Made by a program: the position numbers and the translations under genes. A stretch of 64,000 nucleotides of DNA from an uncultured delta proteobacterium (GTDB lineage: Bacteria; Desulfobacterota; Binatia; UBA9968). The notes below the pieces were generated by a model. The model did no database searches. It was not told the origin of the DNA and saw only the letters and a program-made list of their open reading frames with translations. The stretch covers positions 64,001-128,000 of the forward strand of contig CAVYTU010000016.1 in the NCBI GenBank assembly GCA_963771465.1, read 5' to 3'. Within the stretch, counting starts at the first letter, position 1, and the number at the start of each line of letters is the position of its first letter. Shown here in pieces: positions 9,586 through 19,805 of the stretch.

Positions 9586-10812
9586 TTATCTGGCTCTACG
9601 ATGGATCGATGCCATCACCTGCTCGACGATCGCGTCGGCGAACTGCGGATCGTTAATGTGGCAGTCGAATTCGGTTACCGGCACGGAAGCCGGCAGGGCC
9701 TTCTTCAGCGCTTCCGAGAACACCGGGCACAGCGACGGATCGTGCAGATGACCCTCCGGGCTATCGTGGTGCGAGAAGCCTTGCAGTGGCACGAAGAATG
9801 AGACCGGCCCCTTGGCGCTGGCGATCAGGCCACCCATGTGCTTCGCCAACTGCTGCAGTTCGGCAGCCTCCGTGCGCACCGCGGTAATCGCCTGGTTGTG
9901 GATGTGATAACGCTTGCCCGGGAATTGCGTCTTCGCCATGTCGATGGGTCCGGACAGCATGAAGTCCGCGTTGCCCGGCGCGAAGATCACCGGCACCCCC
10001 TTCTCGAGTGCCGCTTTGGCACGGTCCGGGCCGGCGCTGCACATTCCGTTGTTCAGGTAATCGTTGATCTCGACCAGCGACACGTCGACGACTGCGGCGA
10101 CGTCGCGCTCGCGTACGATCTGGTCCATCGCCATGCCGCCGGTACCGAGCGTGTGGAACACCATCACCTCGTAGCCCTTGCGCTCCAGCGACTTGCGCAC
10201 GCGCACGGTGCAGCGATCGGTGGTGCCGAGCGTCGTCATCGCGATCAGTGGCTTCGGTTCGGTGCGCACCGGCGAATAGCTCTTCGCCATCGCGGCAGTG
10301 GCGATCGCCGCGTTGCGGAACGCGTCGCGGGTGATGCTGTTGAGCCCGGCGATGTCGCATACCGGGTTCACCATGATGATGTCCTTTGCGCCGACGAATG
10401 GCCGGGTGAAGCCTGATGCCATCGTCGACACCATCACCTTCGGCAGGCCGTAGGGGAACGCCTGCATTACGACGCTGCCGAGCGTGGTGCCCATCGATCC
10501 GCCCACACCGATGATGCCGGCAAAGCCATGTTTCGCCTGTGCGTCCAGCGCGCACTTGACGGCGCCTTCGATCATCACCGCCTGGCACTTGCCTTCATGA
10601 CGCAGGTCGCGAACCTCCTGGATCGTCTTGCCGGCCGCTGCGGCGATGGCCTCCGGCGCGATCTCGACGTTCTTATCGGTCGACTCTCGGATGCTGGCGT
10701 CGAGGTGAACCACGTCCACCCCTTCGGCCTCCAGGGTCTGCCGGATGAATTGCGCTTCCAGCGCCTTGGTGTCGAGCGTCACGATCATCAGAACCTTGGG
10801 TTTGCTGCTCAT
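9586..10812 (-). CDS. UPF0261 / Tm-1-like ATP-binding protein
   Basis: TLDTK, GGSMGT, GLPKVMVST, DIAGLN, VFHTLGTGG, HINDPQFA. Confidence 0.85.
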   Translation of the reverse strand: MSSKPKVLMIVTLDTKALEAQFIRQTLEAEGVDVVHLDASIRESTDKNVEIAPEAIAAAAGKTIQEVRDLRHEGKCQAVMIEGAVKCALDAQAKHGFAGIIGVGGSMGTTLGSVVMQAFPYGLPKVMVSTMASGFTRPFVGAKDIIMVNPVCDIAGLNSITRDAFRNAAIATAAMAKSYSPVRTEPKPLIAMTTLGTTDRCTVRVRKSLERKGYEVMVFHTLGTGGMAMDQIVRERDVAAVVDVSLVEINDYLNNGMCSAGPDRAKAALEKGVPVIFAPGNADFMLSGPIDMAKTQFPGKRYHIHNQAITAVRTEAAELQQLAKHMGGLIASAKGPVSFFVPLQGFSHHDSPEGHLHDPSLCPVFSEALKKALPASVPVTEFDCHINDPQFADAIVEQVMASIHRRAR

Positions 10813-11002
10813 GGCCTGTCTCCTGTCGAATGAAAGTACTTCAAATCGCCGGCGCCGACGATAATCGGTACCGACACCTCGTATCGGGAAAGCTGGTCTT
10901 ATACAACCTTGATCGGCTTGAGTGGGCAGGGATCAACCTTGGCTTGAGGCTAGTAGAGCAGTTAGGGTCTACCATCGGAATTTAGCAGGTAGCAGGATCT
11001 AA

Positions 11003-11134
11003 AAGCCCGTAGTAAATGCCCGCGATCAATTCATCCGCGAAGCCGTGTTGCAGCAGGGTTCTCTCGCTTCGCAGGTCGCCAATTTTCTCCATTGCCATCC
11101 ATCCAACGTCAGCCGCGCGCTGCAAAAGATTTAG
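11003..11134 (+). pseudogene. Orphan C-terminal HTH fragment resembling the tail of Y1/RAYT-like transposases
   Basis: KPVVNARDQFIREAVLQQGSLASQVANFLHCHPSNVSRALQKI*, preceded by an in-frame stop, no start codon; followed by TTAGGCAAGTC..CTGACACC. Confidence 0.5.
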
Positions 11135-11156
11135 TAGACTTAGGCAAGTCTTCTCT

Positions 11157-11189
11157 GACACCACCGCTGCCAAGACACCACCGCTGCCA
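11157..11189. repeat. 16-bp direct duplication
   Basis: GACACCACCGCTGCCA at 11157-11172 and 11174-11189. Confidence 0.9.
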
Positions 11190-11361
11190 CCTTCGCTCAC
11201 CGTCGCAGACCCTGCCTCACCCGGATGATGGGGCAAACACCTTCACTCGGGTTCTCAAAATTCAGCAATAGACCTAATGGAGACGCCAGACATCGATCGG
11301 AATATCGTACCAGGGCTGGAAAAATCTCATTTGGATGATAAAGAGGACGGGGAGACTTCTT

Positions 11362-11736
11362 ATGGAAATTTGCGAGCGCAACACCGCGGACATTGTTACT
11401 CTAAGCCTATCCGGAAAACTGGACGGGACGACAGCGAAATCGTTTGAGGAGAAAATTCTGACCCGAATAGATTCGGGCGACCGCCGCTTCATCATCGATG
11501 TTTCGGAGCTCCATTATATCAGCAGCGCGGGCCTGCGCGTATTCGCCCTTGCGGGCAAGCGTCTCAATAGTGCGAACGGCAAGCTAGTGTTGTGCGGTTT
11601 TAAGAAAACGATTCCCTACAACACCCTGAACCGTATCCCGGATCCAGTCAGAGAAGTGTTCGACACATCCGGGTTTTCGTTGATTTTTCCCTCTTACGGC
11701 TCCCACGACGATGCAATCGAGGCACTTCAAGCGTAA
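11362..11736 (+). CDS. STAS anti-sigma factor antagonist
   Basis: LSGKLD, 'YISSAGLR' phosphoacceptor motif; GGAG RBS. Confidence 0.9.
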   Translation: MEICERNTADIVTLSLSGKLDGTTAKSFEEKILTRIDSGDRRFIIDVSELHYISSAGLRVFALAGKRLNSANGKLVLCGFKKTIPYNTLNRIPDPVREVFDTSGFSLIFPSYGSHDDAIEALQA

Positions 11737-11794
11737 ACATGAGTGCTTTACAATTCAGATCCGATCCGCCGCCTCAACAACTTTCACCTAAGGA

Positions 11795-13174
11795 ATGGGC
11801 CGACACCCAGAGAGCGCGCAAAAAGGCGTGATGCTCAGAAATTCTATTGGCAGGTGGTTGCCCAGCCTCGAGGCATGCCGACCGGGTTGGATTCTGACCA
11901 CCGGCTCTCTGATCATCACGACTGTTCTCTGGATCGCCGGCCGATTCCCGGGGGGGATTCTGCCTGGCTTCTGGCCGTGGCGCGGGCTCGCTCAGCTCAC
12001 CGTCTTATGGTCGGTTACTCTGATGGCAATTGCCATGCTCGCGGTCGTTCGCGCTCACGCGCTGGAGCCCGTTTTTGGCGGTCTCGATCGCGCGGTGCGC
12101 TTCCATAGAATCCTCGGGCCATCGGCCATCCTGCTCTTGATCGCACACGTCATTTTCCTGGCTCTGGTACAACTTGAAGGCGGCACTTCTATCGGCAACG
12201 TGTTCATCCCGTTCTGGTCGGAGTCGGCGCGTTCGACGGATGTCATCATCTTCTATTTGCTTTTGCTGCTTGGCGGCCTTGCCTATGACCGCCGCATGAG
12301 CTACGAGCGCTGGCTGTCGGTTCATCGGCTGACCGGCCTGGTTTTTCTCGGCGGCGCGGCGCACGCAGCCATGGAACCCGGAACCATCGCCGACTTCGAG
12401 CCGCTGAGAACATGGATCGTGATTTTAGTCTTGGCCGGTGGAGCTGCGTGGCTCTATCGAGTCGTGCTGTTCAGCCGGCTTGGACCGCGCTATCGCTACT
12501 GGCTCGAGACGGTCGTTCCACGCGGCGTCAATATCATCGATCTTGTGATGCGCCCAGTCGACCGGCGTATGATTTACGAGCCCGGCACATTTGTTTTTCT
12601 GCGCGTCCCCGATATGGAAGGGCAGCAAAAAGAACTTCATCCTTTTTCGATCTCCTCGTCGCCGGTGGAGCGGCGTCTGCGCTTGTCTATCCGGACAGTC
12701 GGGGGTTTCACGCGCCGATTATCCTCGCTCGATCTCGGGACGCAGCTAGACGTCTACGGCCCGTTCGGCGGCTTTACTTCCCACCGTTTCGCTCATTTTC
12801 GCCGAATTGTCTGTATCGGCGCGGGCATTGGCATCACGCCGTTCCTCGGTATGCTCGCTTTTGAGCTCAGCAATCACGATTTCCGGCGAATCTGGCTCTA
12901 TTACATCGCCCGCGACGAGCAGGACGCGGTCTATGACTCGGAAATCCGCGAGAGTTATTTGGAGGCGGAGTCGTATATTGAATATGAGCTATGGCTAACA
13001 GCGCACCGTGGGCGGATCACCGCAGCCCAGGTTGCAGCGGACATTGCGCCCTTGGACGACTATGCAGTGATGTTGTGTGGTCAGCAAAGTTTCATATGGG
13101 ACATCGCCCGACAGTTCCGGGCGCTCGGTGTACCGCGCGACCGGATCATCACCGAAGAGTTTGAATTCCGATAG
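11795..13174 (+). CDS. Ferric reductase-like transmembrane flavocytochrome (bacterial NOX-type)
   Basis: Two His pairs (HRILG..HVIF, HRLTG..HAAM), HPFSISS (FAD), GAGIGITPF and CG (NAD(P)H), terminal EEFEF. Confidence 0.85.
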   Translation: MGRHPESAQKGVMLRNSIGRWLPSLEACRPGWILTTGSLIITTVLWIAGRFPGGILPGFWPWRGLAQLTVLWSVTLMAIAMLAVVRAHALEPVFGGLDRAVRFHRILGPSAILLLIAHVIFLALVQLEGGTSIGNVFIPFWSESARSTDVIIFYLLLLLGGLAYDRRMSYERWLSVHRLTGLVFLGGAAHAAMEPGTIADFEPLRTWIVILVLAGGAAWLYRVVLFSRLGPRYRYWLETVVPRGVNIIDLVMRPVDRRMIYEPGTFVFLRVPDMEGQQKELHPFSISSSPVERRLRLSIRTVGGFTRRLSSLDLGTQLDVYGPFGGFTSHRFAHFRRIVCIGAGIGITPFLGMLAFELSNHDFRRIWLYYIARDEQDAVYDSEIRESYLEAESYIEYELWLTAHRGRITAAQVAADIAPLDDYAVMLCGQQSFIWDIARQFRALGVPRDRIITEEFEFR

Positions 13175-13233
13175 GGGTTGAAATGATCGATTCAATCGCG
13201 CAATCCTGGTTAGTTTTTAAACAAGGAGCGGAA

Positions 13234-13575
13234 CTAGCCCAAGCTTTTCAATGCCTCATCTTTGGAACCAAGGATAGAAAAAATGGAAAAGAACCCCACG
13301 ATGTCAAAGACCTGCTTGACCGGTTCCTGTAAGGAGCAAAGGACAACTTTACCCCCGGCTGGAGTTAATCGCTTGGACGCGACGAGAAAAACCCTGAGCC
13401 CCGCGCTGCTGACATAGTCCAACCGGGAAAGGTCGATAACGAACTGTGTCTCTCCTCCATCAATCACCGCAAGGACTTTTTCCTCAAACATCTTCGAGCT
13501 GACGGCGTCGAGCCGTCCTTCGAGACCGAGAACAAGAAAACCGTCTTTCCTCTCTTCGTGGATGTCCATGGTCAC
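13234..13575 (-). CDS. STAS anti-sigma factor antagonist
   Basis: LEGRLD, YVSSAGLR, VKQVFDIVGF. Confidence 0.92.
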   Translation of the reverse strand: MTMDIHEERKDGFLVLGLEGRLDAVSSKMFEEKVLAVIDGGETQFVIDLSRLDYVSSAGLRVFLVASKRLTPAGGKVVLCSLQEPVKQVFDIVGFFSIFSILGSKDEALKSLG

Positions 13576-15527
13576 GCCTCTTTCACTTTCAATTTCATAG
13601 TCAGAATGTTTTTGTCGTTCTGCCTGCGATATTCCAATTCATCGATCAACTTGCGCACGACATGAATTCCCAAACCGCCTATCGGACGCACTTCCAGCAA
13701 TTGCTTCGTGTCCGGCTCAGGGACGTTTAACGGATTGAACGGCCTCCCGTCATCCTCCACTTCAACGGTCAATTTTCCTTGGTCCAGTGAGGGACGAACG
13801 ACAATAATATGCTCTTCGGCGTCGTCGTAGGCGTAAGAGATAATATTGGTCAGAATCTCGTCCAACGCAACCTTCACGTTGTGTGAGGTTTCCGCGTTTA
13901 ACCGGTGGCGCCGCCCAAAATCATCAGCGATGCGGGCGAGTCGCTCAATTTCCGAAAGGTTGTTTTTGAGCTCGACGACGATGGTTTCGCTCGTCGTTTC
14001 CCCTGCGGTCAGCAAGTATTTCAAAGTCAAGGCGGTGATGTCGTCGGATTGAGGAGCGCCGCCAGAATGGTTCTTTACCTGATCCACGGCGCCGCGAATG
14101 ATCTCCGTTGCCGAGGAGCCGTTAGCTTGGTGTAAAAACTCCGCCAAACAAGGCTCGGAAAATTGATTTCCTTCCTCATCCATCGCTTCGGTCACGCCGT
14201 CGGTGTAAAGAAAAAGTCCATCCCCCGTCCGAAGCACGATTTTCTCCGTCCGATAGGTCACACTCTCGGTAAAACCAAGGGCCATCCCTCCGGTATTTTT
14301 CAAAGGCGCAGTTTCACCATGGCTGATCAGGTAAGGAAGATTGTGGCCGCCGTTGCTGTATTCGACCTCACCCGTGCGAATATCCAAAACAGCACAAAAA
14401 ACGGTGACGAACATGCATGTATCATTGTTCTGGCACATCTCGAGATTCAACAGAGACAAAATGCTATCTGGCCTGCTCACTTTGCTTGCGGTGGTCCTAA
14501 AAAGGGTCCTGGTGACGGCCATAAACAAAGCTGCGGGGATGCCTTTACCGGAAACATCGCCGATAGCGAAACAGAGGTGGTTGTCATCGATGAAAAAGAA
14601 ATCATAAAAGTCTCCGCCCACTTCCCGCGCCGGAATCAAAGTCGCGTAAAGGTCGAACTCGGGCCTGTTCGGGAACGGGGGAAATGTCTTCGGCACCATA
14701 CTCATCTGGATGTCGCGGGCAATTTTCAGTTCGCTTTCAATGCGCTCTTTGGCTGCCGTCGTCTCCTTCAGTTCTCTGACGGACTGCCTTAGGGCGATCT
14801 CCATCGTGATGAAAGACTCCGCCAGTTTGCCGACCTCATCATGGGATTTTTGGGGCAAGTGGTCGATGTCGGATGGCCCGGTTGCCGGTTCCGAAAAGTC
14901 CTGGGTCGCGAGTTTTCCAGCGTGGCCCGCGAGCTGTTTGAGTGGTTGAGAGATTCGGTTCACCAACGTATACGCGGCCAGTACGCTCAATAAGAAAATG
15001 ACAAACATGAGCCCCTGCTGGGTCGCCACAGCAGACCAAATGCGCGAACGGATCAATGACCGGTCCATGCCCACATGCACGTATCCCGCGACACCCGCCA
15101 GTATCGGAAGGGCAACATCAAGAAAGTCTCCCGTTCCTTCAATGCTGAGGTCGTTGATTGCGGCGGCGCCGCTAACGGCTTGAGTTCGAGTTCGCCTCTG
15201 AAGTTCCAGAACATCACCGGGCACGGTGGGAACAAAGGTATGAGTTACGGCCTCGCCTTGGCCGTCGAAGACGATCACATAAGAGACTCCCTCGATCTCA
15301 GTGAACTGATCTACCACGGACTGGATCGTCGACACATCCGCATTCAATAACAGTTCCACGCTCGAATCGGCGATGCTCTTGGCAATCGCCACGCCTTTGC
15401 TTTGATACTCTTGGGTAAGATTACGGTAAAGGTTCCAGCCCGAGAGAATCGAGGTGGCGGAGGCAATGATGCCGAACAAAACAACAATGAGCACAAGGGT
15501 CTTGGTAAAGAGGCTCGCCCGGGTCAT
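13572..15527 (-). CDS. Membrane sensor: periplasmic domain-HAMP-SpoIIE (PP2C) phosphatase fused to RsbW-type kinase
   Basis: Two TMs, DEVGKLA, GGDFYD, GDVSGKG, YTDGVTEA, SDDIT; then EILTNI, EDDG, GGLG; ATGA overlap with upstream SBP. Confidence 0.9.
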   Translation of the reverse strand: MTRASLFTKTLVLIVVLFGIIASATSILSGWNLYRNLTQEYQSKGVAIAKSIADSSVELLLNADVSTIQSVVDQFTEIEGVSYVIVFDGQGEAVTHTFVPTVPGDVLELQRRTRTQAVSGAAAINDLSIEGTGDFLDVALPILAGVAGYVHVGMDRSLIRSRIWSAVATQQGLMFVIFLLSVLAAYTLVNRISQPLKQLAGHAGKLATQDFSEPATGPSDIDHLPQKSHDEVGKLAESFITMEIALRQSVRELKETTAAKERIESELKIARDIQMSMVPKTFPPFPNRPEFDLYATLIPAREVGGDFYDFFFIDDNHLCFAIGDVSGKGIPAALFMAVTRTLFRTTASKVSRPDSILSLLNLEMCQNNDTCMFVTVFCAVLDIRTGEVEYSNGGHNLPYLISHGETAPLKNTGGMALGFTESVTYRTEKIVLRTGDGLFLYTDGVTEAMDEEGNQFSEPCLAEFLHQANGSSATEIIRGAVDQVKNHSGGAPQSDDITALTLKYLLTAGETTSETIVVELKNNLSEIERLARIADDFGRRHRLNAETSHNVKVALDEILTNIISYAYDDAEEHIIVVRPSLDQGKLTVEVEDDGRPFNPLNVPEPDTKQLLEVRPIGGLGIHVVRKLIDELEYRRQNDKNILTMKLKVKEA

Positions 15528-16756
15528 TTCTCCCACCCCTGCCAATCCGACAGCGGAACAAACCGGTCACCTTTCATTGTGGTGTAATAGACCTTGTCCA
15601 ACCCCTGATGCAGATGCGGTCCGAAAGTGACCGGCGCATCGATTCCCAAATCGGCACTATTCATGCTTTCGACGATTCCTTTAATGCGGCTTTTTGTTGG
15701 ACCTGGTCCCATTCGTTTTAGGACCTCAACGAGAAGTTTTGCGTTTAGAAAACCCTCGAAACTGACATAGCTATATGGCAGCGGCGTATAGCCCGCTTCC
15801 GTAAGATCTCGAGGCGGGAGTGGTTGGTATTTTCGCATCAGTTGCCGATATTCCTGCACCGCTGGTAAAGCGGTATCCTGATAGCTGGGCACCACCTGCG
15901 AATTGATGAGATCTTTCTTATAGTCCTTGCCCGCGGTCCGACTGCTTTGAAGCAATAGCTCAGCCATGCTCTCACTGCCGACAAAGGAGAGATTGGCGAT
16001 AGGTATATTGAGCCCCGCGTCCCGCGCGTCTCTGATAAACGCAGCGCAGACGGCGTAAGACCCGATGGATATAACAGCATCGGCGGACGATTTCCTGATG
16101 AGATCGACTTGCGCTTTGAAATTCTGAGAGTGTTCGGCTCCTCTCCGATAGGTCGCCTCGCCGACCATTTTTAAACCGAACTTCGCCAGAGCTTTCTTGA
16201 CTCCGTCCCATCCGCTTCTTCCATAGGCATCGGCTTGATAGAAAACCGCGATCCTGCTTCTGCCGGCAGACACAAAGTTGTCGACCAACCCCTCGGTTTC
16301 ATCGCTGTACGAGGCCCGCAAATTAAAAACATATTCGCCGTAAGGAGGCTGCCTGAGGGGCTCGGCTCCGGTAAACGGAGAAAAGAGATAGACGAACTTT
16401 TCTTTGTAGCTCTTTAATAGGGGCAGGATCCGCGTCACTGTCGGGGTCCCGACATAATTGAAAAGTAGAAAAGCGTTGTCTTGCTCAATAAGTTTTATGG
16501 TGTTTCGAATAGCAGGGATGGGGTTATATCCGTCATCGTAGGCCTTGATGACGATCTTCTGGCCGTAAATTCCTCCCGTTCGATTGACATGCTCGAGGTA
16601 GGCGGTCGAACCTCGGTAAAGCTCGATGCCGAGGCCTTTAGAGGGACCGGTAAATGCCGCGGACATGCCGATCACGATGTTTTCAGCAAGAAGTCTCGCG
16701 GGAAGAAACAAGAGAAGAATCAAAAAAATGATCGGTCGAATTCGATTGTCACTCAT
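15524..16756 (-). CDS. Type I periplasmic binding protein (LivJ-like)
   Basis: Signal peptide; IGMSAAFTG, YDDGYNP, VGTPT, RASY, YQADAYG. Confidence 0.88.
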   Translation of the reverse strand: MSDNRIRPIIFLILLLFLPARLLAENIVIGMSAAFTGPSKGLGIELYRGSTAYLEHVNRTGGIYGQKIVIKAYDDGYNPIPAIRNTIKLIEQDNAFLLFNYVGTPTVTRILPLLKSYKEKFVYLFSPFTGAEPLRQPPYGEYVFNLRASYSDETEGLVDNFVSAGRSRIAVFYQADAYGRSGWDGVKKALAKFGLKMVGEATYRRGAEHSQNFKAQVDLIRKSSADAVISIGSYAVCAAFIRDARDAGLNIPIANLSFVGSESMAELLLQSSRTAGKDYKKDLINSQVVPSYQDTALPAVQEYRQLMRKYQPLPPRDLTEAGYTPLPYSYVSFEGFLNAKLLVEVLKRMGPGPTKSRIKGIVESMNSADLGIDAPVTFGPHLHQGLDKVYYTTMKGDRFVPLSDWQGWEK

Positions 16757-17008
16757 GCACGGCCAACTAAATTGACTGGAGCGCTGGTAGTTTCATAACG
16801 AATTCGGCACCACCACTGTCTTGGTTGCATTCGAGGCTGCCGCCGAGTCACCCGAGCGTTCTGTTGTAGAAATCAAGCCGGCGTTTGCCGAGCGCAACCG
16901 GATCGATCCGTGCCCGGCTTGAAAGTCGAATTTCCACTTGGCCCGACGTGCCAGCGGAAATTTTCGGGCAGGCGGTGTCGTGTTGCGTTCTGGTACTCGA
17001 ATTTCGCA

Positions 17009-18832
17009 TTAATCCGAGACTCCAGACGCGCGAGCCCGAACCCCGGAAAGACTAAGTTCCGCTAATTTTTTTTCTGGAACTACTCCGTCCTCATTCCATC
17101 CTCTTGCTTGATAGTAGCTGGCGATCATCTCGCGAAGATCCCTGGCGCTCAAGCCAACTCCCTGGGCGATGCCGGTGGGAAGGGTTTCTTTCAACAGGCG
17201 CTCTGGCAACCAGTCGTCTTCGGCACGCCATCCCTCGCGCATATTGAAAAGTTTTTTCATGTTGTGGATGCGCTCACCGATGCGCTTCAGTTCATCGCTG
17301 GAGCAGTCCCAGCCGGTGACTTTGCTGAGCAACTCGGCGCCCTCGCGATAAAAATCGCTAAAACACTTGCGCAAGAATTTGCATACAATCAGCGAATCGA
17401 GCACCGCTGCGAAGTCCTCGGAAGCGGCGACGATGGCGCCTCTGCCGGGGTCGGAGTGTAGACGATCGACTTCACCGGAAAAGTCGGCCTCGTAGGCGCC
17501 GGAGCGATTGTGGCAGGCTCCACGCGGGCTCACCGCCAGTCCGAGCGCCATCGTCTTCAGGCTGCGCGGTTCATAGCCGGGAAGCTCCAATCCTTTGACG
17601 TGCATCGCCCAATACGAACTGTCATTGCCAAGCTCAAGCGCCGCCCGCCTTGAGCCTTCGGCTAACAGCTCGCCCAATCCTTGGCGCTCGGCAATCATAG
17701 GAATGGCGGCGAGAAGAGCGTTTGGCTCGTCGAAGCGCAGATCCCTTGCTTGCGGCAGCAATCCTTTCTCGCTGCACTCCATCGCCCACGACAAAGTTCC
17801 TCCGGTACTGATTGTGTCGAGGCCATAGAGATCGCAGAGCTGCGCGGCTTGCAAGACCACCTCGGGATCTTTGATGCCACAGAGCGGCCCGAGCGCGAAT
17901 AAGGTCTCGTATTCCAGCCGCTGCTCCTCTCCGTTGAGAGCTTTGAACAGCCGCTCACATTGGATTGTGCAGGATGCGCATCCGTGCCTGCGGCTGAAAT
18001 TATTTTCGGTGAGCGTTTCCCCGCTCAGCGCCTCAGCGCGGTCAAAGGTCGATTGCTGAAAATTGCGCGTCGGCAAAGCGCCGAGTCGATCGAAAACCGC
18101 CAGGTTGGCAACCGTGCCGATCTGGCGGTACTTGTCGGTGAGCGAACTCAAACTGCGCGCGCGCAGAGCGTCAGCGATGCGGTCGACGCCCAAAGGATCG
18201 GCCACCGTGGTGGCATGATCGCCGCACAGCGCGATGGCCTTGAGATTTTTCGCTCCCATGACCGCACCGACGCCGCCGCGGCCGGCGTGGCGTCCTTCGT
18301 TGCTGATGGTCGCGAAGCGCACTTTGTTTTCGCCGGCCTTGCCGATCGCGGCAACCCGCGCCGTCGGCGTGGCGAGCTCGGAGCGGATCGCGGCTTCAGT
18401 CGCCAGGGGACTCTTGCCGCGCAGATGCTCGGCGGCGAGGATCTCCACTTTGCCATTGCGGATGAAAATGTAAGCCATGACGTCGGCTCGTCCGGTGATG
18501 ACGAGCGCATCGACCCCGAGCCGCTTGAGTTCGAGAGCGAAGTGACTGGAAGAGAGCGAGTCGGCGATAAATCCGGTGAGCGGCGATTTGGTGACGACGG
18601 CATACTTGGCGGTCGTTGTCAGGCCCGTGCCGACAAGCGGCGCGCTCGTGAAGATCAATGGATTGGCAGGGGAGAATGGATCGACTCCTGCCGGCGCATA
18701 TTCGTAGAGTAGACTGACGCCGAGACCGATGCCGCCGAGAAATGCCCGTAAGCGCGTTTCCTCGATATCCACCCAGGAGCTGTGTCCGGTACTCAGATCG
18801 ATGTGGAGGAGGCGGCCGTAAAATCCGTTCAT
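17009..18832 (-). CDS. Aldehyde:ferredoxin oxidoreductase family (W/Mo-pterin)
   Basis: KSPLTG, AGRGGVGAVMGAKNLKA, CASCTIQC, EYET, GLDTISTG, HVKGLELPGYEPR. Confidence 0.92.
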   Translation of the reverse strand: MNGFYGRLLHIDLSTGHSSWVDIEETRLRAFLGGIGLGVSLLYEYAPAGVDPFSPANPLIFTSAPLVGTGLTTTAKYAVVTKSPLTGFIADSLSSSHFALELKRLGVDALVITGRADVMAYIFIRNGKVEILAAEHLRGKSPLATEAAIRSELATPTARVAAIGKAGENKVRFATISNEGRHAGRGGVGAVMGAKNLKAIALCGDHATTVADPLGVDRIADALRARSLSSLTDKYRQIGTVANLAVFDRLGALPTRNFQQSTFDRAEALSGETLTENNFSRRHGCASCTIQCERLFKALNGEEQRLEYETLFALGPLCGIKDPEVVLQAAQLCDLYGLDTISTGGTLSWAMECSEKGLLPQARDLRFDEPNALLAAIPMIAERQGLGELLAEGSRRAALELGNDSSYWAMHVKGLELPGYEPRSLKTMALGLAVSPRGACHNRSGAYEADFSGEVDRLHSDPGRGAIVAASEDFAAVLDSLIVCKFLRKCFSDFYREGAELLSKVTGWDCSSDELKRIGERIHNMKKLFNMREGWRAEDDWLPERLLKETLPTGIAQGVGLSARDLREMIASYYQARGWNEDGVVPEKKLAELSLSGVRARASGVSD

Positions 18833-18835
18833 CTT

Positions 18836-19765
18836 TCAGCCTCCCGCGTCCGCGGATAGGATCAAAATTTTGTCGCCCGAATTGACTTTGGCGCTCGGCG
18901 CGCGAACGAAGTCCAGGCCATTGATGTTGCAAGCGTAACCGCTAATCAGACCTTCGGAGTTGATAACCCGGCCAACTAGAACCGGTAACTTTTCAGCGAG
19001 GGCTGAAAACACATGCGCGAGAGTCGCTCCTTGCGGCAGCGACAGCGACACCTTCTTAGATTTCGCAACTATGCGCGCGACACCGAAAAGCTCGACTGTA
19101 ACGGGGACAGAGTTAGAGACGGAGTGGGGCGGGACGGTCTCTATCCCAATTCTTTTTTTCTTCTCCCACATCTGTAGCGCGTCCTCGTAGTCCTCGGGGC
19201 TGTTCATGTTGAGAAAACTCAAACCCTCGGGATCAAGACGGCGGATTTCATCTTGGTGAATTTCGCGGGTCCGAACTTTTGGATACAGCGAGATCGGACG
19301 CAGCTCGCCGCGGTCGAGCTGTTCGCGCAGAAGCGGCGCGATGCTACGCCGATAAACCGCGTGCAATGGTTGAAAGCGTTCTTGCCAATAGGGCACGACG
19401 ACGTCACAGTCTGGGATTTGCGCCATGAGATGGGCGATCAACTGAAGATTAAGAAAGGGCGCATCGCAGGAGGTCACGAAACAAATTTCCTGGCTGGACG
19501 CTTTCAGGCCGTGGTAAATTCCACTCACCGGGCCTTGATAAGCCACCTCGTCGCGCACCAGCACGACGGGCAAGATCGGTAACTCCTGCTCGGGAGCGGC
19601 GACGACGACCGCGTCGGTAAACAATTTCTTGAGACTCCGAACAACATGCGCGATGAGCGGCTCGCCATCGAACGACAGCAGCGCTTTGGGCCGGCCCATG
19701 CGCGAACTCTTGCCGCCGGTCAAAATAACCGCGGTCGCGTCAGCCGTCGTCAGATGGTCGTTCAT
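18836..19765 (-). CDS. mobA: MobA (Moco guanylyltransferase)-MoaD/ThiS fusion
   Basis: LTGGKSSRMGRPKA, GPVSGI, CDAPF, NMNSPED; ubiquitin-like C-terminal domain ending DAGG. Confidence 0.85.
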   Translation of the reverse strand: MNDHLTTADATAVILTGGKSSRMGRPKALLSFDGEPLIAHVVRSLKKLFTDAVVVAAPEQELPILPVVLVRDEVAYQGPVSGIYHGLKASSQEICFVTSCDAPFLNLQLIAHLMAQIPDCDVVVPYWQERFQPLHAVYRRSIAPLLREQLDRGELRPISLYPKVRTREIHQDEIRRLDPEGLSFLNMNSPEDYEDALQMWEKKKRIGIETVPPHSVSNSVPVTVELFGVARIVAKSKKVSLSLPQGATLAHVFSALAEKLPVLVGRVINSEGLISGYACNINGLDFVRAPSAKVNSGDKILILSADAGG

Positions 19766-19805
19766 GAATTCTTCGAGGGCGATTCGGGAATCTTCCCTAG
19801 TTAAA

